Below are positions 28,884 through 32,000 of a stretch of 32,000 bases of DNA, piece after piece. Numbering within the stretch: position 1 is the first letter of the stretch; each line of letters starts with the position of its first letter. Source of the stretch: Candidatus Baldrarchaeota archaeon (GTDB lineage Archaea > Asgardarchaeota > Baldrarchaeia > Baldrarchaeales > DXJG01); NCBI GenBank assembly GCA_019056805.1, contig DXJG01000001.1, forward strand, positions 1 to 32,000, read 5' to 3'. The notes beneath the pieces were generated by a model. The model saw only the letters and a list, made by a program, of their open reading frames with translations. It had not been told where the DNA came from and did no database searches. The translations under genes and the position numbers were made by a program.

Positions 28884-28990
28884 TGGTGGGGCCGCCGGGA
28901 TTTGAACCCGGGACCAGCAGCTCCCGAAGCTGCCATCATACCAAGTTTCCCGCCCGATGAAAAACTCATCGAGCTCTAGACCACGGCCCC
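28884..28990 (-). tRNA. tRNA-Pro(CGG) with a 30-nt D-loop intron (28946-28975); CCA encoded
   Basis: The spliced product GGGGCCGTGGTCTAGCTTGGTATGATGGCAGCTTCGGGAGCTGCTGGTCCCGGGTTCAAATCCCGGCGGCCCCACCA forms a cloverleaf with anticodon CGG. The insert folds as a 9-bp hairpin within a relaxed BHB. Confidence 0.93.
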
Positions 28991-29123
28991 CACAATGCTA
29001 TACCACACGATATACATTTAATGACGTATGTTTAAGTTTAGCGGTCTCTAAAATATAAGAGTATTATTCTTCGCTCCTTACTGATTCTTTCACAAGTAGA
29101 GAGGATGTGTATTTTACAGTTTA

Positions 29124-30494
29124 TCATAGTTTTCCTTCTTTTCTTAAGATTCCTCTTGCGGCAAGGATTCCTGTTGCTGCCGCGGTCACAATTCCTCTGG
29201 AGAGACCTGCGCCGTCACCGGCGACAAAGATGTTTTCTACACTGGTTTCAAGGTTTTCGTTAACTTCAACTCTATTTGCGTAGAATTTAATTTCAGGAGC
29301 ATATATTAGTGCAGATGAACTAGCAACACCGGGCATCACGTAGTCTAGTTTCTCAAGTCCCTCTAGAATATCGGTAACAATTCTATGGGGTAAAGCCATA
29401 GCGACATCCCCAGGTGTTACGTCCCTCAATGTGGGCTTCACATTACTCCGATCAATTCGTGACCAAGTTGAACGTCTACCTTTTTTGAGATCTCCTAATC
29501 TTTGAAGAATTGGTTTTCCTCCACCTATGGTAGTTGCTAATTTGGCTATTGAGAATCCGTAGGCGGTTGTGTCTTCAAGCGGTTCGGTGAGTTCAACTCG
29601 AACTAGAAATGCAAAATTGGCATTTTCAGATTTTTGTTTGATTAGAGTGTGGCCGTTAACACCAACGATATCTCCGTAGACTTCTTGGACGACGAAGCCT
29701 CGATAATTAACGCAAAATACACGTGTAAGGTCATCGAAGGTTTTTGTATATACACGGAATTTTGGATCCTTGGCTATTTTTATTACTGGTTCCATTACAA
29801 CAGCTGGAACCTCTACCCTTACGCCTATATCTATTGGTTGTGGATGTGTTTTTATTCCAAGTTTTTTCGCTTGTTCCTGAAGCCATTGTGCTCCAATTCT
29901 TCCTGGAGCCACGATTATATATTTTGTTTGTATTTTTTGTCCATTTTCAAGCTTTACTTCTCCCTTTTTAAAGTCCACAACCTTCATTCCTAGTATGAAT
30001 TTTACGTTAACTTGTTCTAGTGCTTTTTTAAATTCTGCAATTACTTTAGGAGCGTTATCAGTGCCTATGTGTCTTTGCGGTATAGGTACAAATTCTATTC
30101 CTACGGCTGCGGCTTTTCTCATTAAGCTTTCTACTTGATCTGTGTTTGCTCTGTATATTTTTGAAGGTGCTCCGTATTTTAGAAAAACTTTATCCACTTC
30201 TTTCACGAGTTCCCATGCTTCATCTCTACTTACAAATTCTTCAAGATTCCCTCCAATATCAGGTCTTAAATTTAAAAGTCCACTTGAAAGAGTCCCGGCT
30301 CCTCCTACTCCACACATTATTTTACAGGGACTACATTTGCTGCAATAGGAATATATCATGGCTGGACATTTTCTTTTCGCTACATCAGGTCCCCAATCAA
30401 TTACAGTAATTTTCAGATTAGATTTAGTTGCCAATTCATGTGCAGCAAACATGCCTGCGGGCCCTGCACCTACTATTACTACGTCAGTTTTCAT
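29124..30494 (-). CDS. FAD/NAD(P)-dependent oxidoreductase (COG2509-like)
   Basis: Rossmann motif IVGAGPAG, Cys cluster CP....CSKCSPC...CGVGGAG, RHIGTD, DIGVRVE, YAPEIKFY, VAGDGAG. Confidence 0.88.
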   Translation of the reverse strand: MKTDVVIVGAGPAGMFAAHELATKSNLKITVIDWGPDVAKRKCPAMIYSYCSKCSPCKIMCGVGGAGTLSSGLLNLRPDIGGNLEEFVSRDEAWELVKEVDKVFLKYGAPSKIYRANTDQVESLMRKAAAVGIEFVPIPQRHIGTDNAPKVIAEFKKALEQVNVKFILGMKVVDFKKGEVKLENGQKIQTKYIIVAPGRIGAQWLQEQAKKLGIKTHPQPIDIGVRVEVPAVVMEPVIKIAKDPKFRVYTKTFDDLTRVFCVNYRGFVVQEVYGDIVGVNGHTLIKQKSENANFAFLVRVELTEPLEDTTAYGFSIAKLATTIGGGKPILQRLGDLKKGRRSTWSRIDRSNVKPTLRDVTPGDVAMALPHRIVTDILEGLEKLDYVMPGVASSSALIYAPEIKFYANRVEVNENLETSVENIFVAGDGAGLSRGIVTAAATGILAARGILRKEGKL

Positions 30495-30705
30495 TTTGCA
30501 CTCCCTCAGAAATTAAAGCCTTAATATTTGTGAGTTAAGATGATTTAACTGTTACGTAGCATAACCTCTGTAAATTTCGTTTTTGTTAAGTATTCCTAAA
30601 ACACTATATGTGAACGTTTAAAGAGGTATATTAATCGAAAATGTAATTGATATTTCCTATTTTTAGGCTGGTCAACTATTTACAATATTTTATAGTTTGA
30701 TTTTC

Positions 30706-31548
30706 TTATAGGAATTCTTTTCTTCGTAGAGAATCTAATTTTCCAAGGTATGTGCCATCTAAAAGATATATCTCTGTGTTCGATGGTTTTATGCAGTTTG
30801 ATTTAAATAAGGGCCCTAATAGTTGCTGTGTCGTATTAATTGGAATTCCTCCCAGCATTTTATTGTATGCTGGCATGATAATTATCTTTGTCATCGGAAT
30901 TATTACTCCAAAGAGTCTTTCGAATTGTTGAATCGGATCTCTCGATGCTTTAATTTTTTTGTATTTTAGGTATGCTTTTGCTACACAGTTTCTATCCCAC
31001 GTCGCTTTGATCCAAATTGGTTGTGTTATTTTGAATCCTGTTCCTGTGGTTAATTGAATCAATGGATGTGTATGGGCCATGATTAAAGAATTTGATCCTA
31101 GAAGTTTAGCATCTGGCCATGCATGACCGTGAATAAGTCCGATTGTTTTTTCATCTTCTTTTAAAATTACGCCTCGAGGTGAATATATTTTTACTTGAGG
31201 TGGAGTTATGGCCTTTAATTGTCCGTCATGATTGCCTGGTATTATTTCCACTTGAACCTCTTCGGAAAGGCTTAAAAGAAAATCGTAGATGCGAGTCGTT
31301 TCTTGATATCGAATGGTTGCAATTTCATGTTTTACATCTCCAAGTATTATCAATCGAGAAGGAGAAAGATTTTTTATTAATCGTTGAATGGAATTTAGAA
31401 GATTTTGTGTTTGAGATGGGATTTTAATTCCTGATTTTTCAAGTTCTTTTTCAAAACCTAAGTGTAGGTCTGCTATGCAAAGTATTTTTTCATTTTTTAG
31501 CTGTATTTGAAGAGCTGGGATGTTTGGAATAATTCTTATTTCTGTCAT
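30706..31548 (-). CDS. Calcineurin-like metallophosphoesterase (COG1407-like)
   Basis: ADLHLG, LGDVKH, GNHD, HGH, HTHP metal-binding motifs. Confidence 0.9.
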   Translation of the reverse strand: MTEIRIIPNIPALQIQLKNEKILCIADLHLGFEKELEKSGIKIPSQTQNLLNSIQRLIKNLSPSRLIILGDVKHEIATIRYQETTRIYDFLLSLSEEVQVEIIPGNHDGQLKAITPPQVKIYSPRGVILKEDEKTIGLIHGHAWPDAKLLGSNSLIMAHTHPLIQLTTGTGFKITQPIWIKATWDRNCVAKAYLKYKKIKASRDPIQQFERLFGVIIPMTKIIIMPAYNKMLGGIPINTTQQLLGPLFKSNCIKPSNTEIYLLDGTYLGKLDSLRRKEFL

Positions 31549-31614
31549 TTCATTACTATTACATGAGTTCGTGCATTATAAATTTGCGATGTGAATTTAG
31601 GAAGTGTCGTTAGA

Positions 31615-32000
31615 TTGTGGGAAGACGACTTGCTGATTAAGGAACTTGAAAGAAAAGGTGTCCTATCGGAAAGTTTGTTGGAACGGTTTGCTTTAAAATA
31701 TGGTAAGTTGTTTTGGCGAGCTATTAAGGCTGTTGAGGAAAAACGTATTTTGAAATATGTTTTTGAACCTAGTGGAAAATATTTGTGGATTGTTATAGGG
31801 AAAACAAGAAAGTATTTGGTTATACCAGATTTTTATTGCAGTTGTGATGATTTTTATTTTAATGTAGTTACTAGAAGAAAGAGGCAATTATGTTATCATA
31901 TACTTGCTAGGAGAATTGCTGAAATATTGGGATTATACGAAACAATTCGTGTTAGTGATACTCTCTATAAAGATCTTTTGAACGAAATTAAGTTATACAA
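31615..32000 (+). CDS. SWIM Zn-finger protein (COG5431-like), truncated at the window end
   Basis: My translation from TTG 31615 (alternative GTG 31591) is MWEDDLLIKELERKG...RAIKAVEEKRI.KY.FEPSG..LWIV.G....Y......YCSCDDFYFNV......CYHILA, open to the end of the window. It has a CxC...CxH motif and is missing from the ORF track. Confidence 0.85.
   Translation, partial: MWEDDLLIKELERKGVLSESLLERFALKYGKLFWRAIKAVEEKRILKYVFEPSGKYLWIVIGKTRKYLVIPDFYCSCDDFYFNVVTRRKRQLCYHILARRIAEILGLYETIRVSDTLYKDLLNEIKLY

Overview
An AT-rich archaeal chromosomal segment of mostly housekeeping genes; the lineage cannot be fixed from sequence alone (TACK/Asgard-like by inference). It begins with the 5' end of a minus-strand 23S rRNA gene preceded by tRNA-Ala(UGC), with no 16S gene upstream. 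Next come an AF0577-type radical SAM gene, valS, pyrH, a tRNA-Leu(CAA) with three BHB introns, an RsmB/NOP2 m5C methylase, a GfcR-like HTH-PRTase, nob1, NAD kinase, aIF5A, Hsp20 and a PAC2 chaperone. These are followed by the conserved srp54-pus10-rpl21e-rpo4-DUF655-rsmA-hemK2-DRG GTPase-trmJ cluster, rpl10e, a THUMP methylase, an orphan SAM methylase, an isolated atpF-atpA pair and divergent pyrI/pyrB. The right end holds a wHTH + ATP-cone + NrdD-fold protein, an XRE regulator, an intron-containing tRNA-Pro(CGG), a FAD oxidoreductase, a metallophosphoesterase and a truncated SWIM-finger gene. I found no CRISPR array, integrase, transposase or intein. The best candidate for an undescribed system is the 759-aa NrdD-fold protein. 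It appears to lack both catalytic cysteines of class III ribonucleotide reductases, keeps a well-conserved ATP cone, and carries an N-terminal ArsR-type DNA-binding domain, so it may be a pseudo-enzyme nucleotide-sensing regulator. Family assignments and motif alignments were made by eye from remembered consensus sequences; no searches were run.
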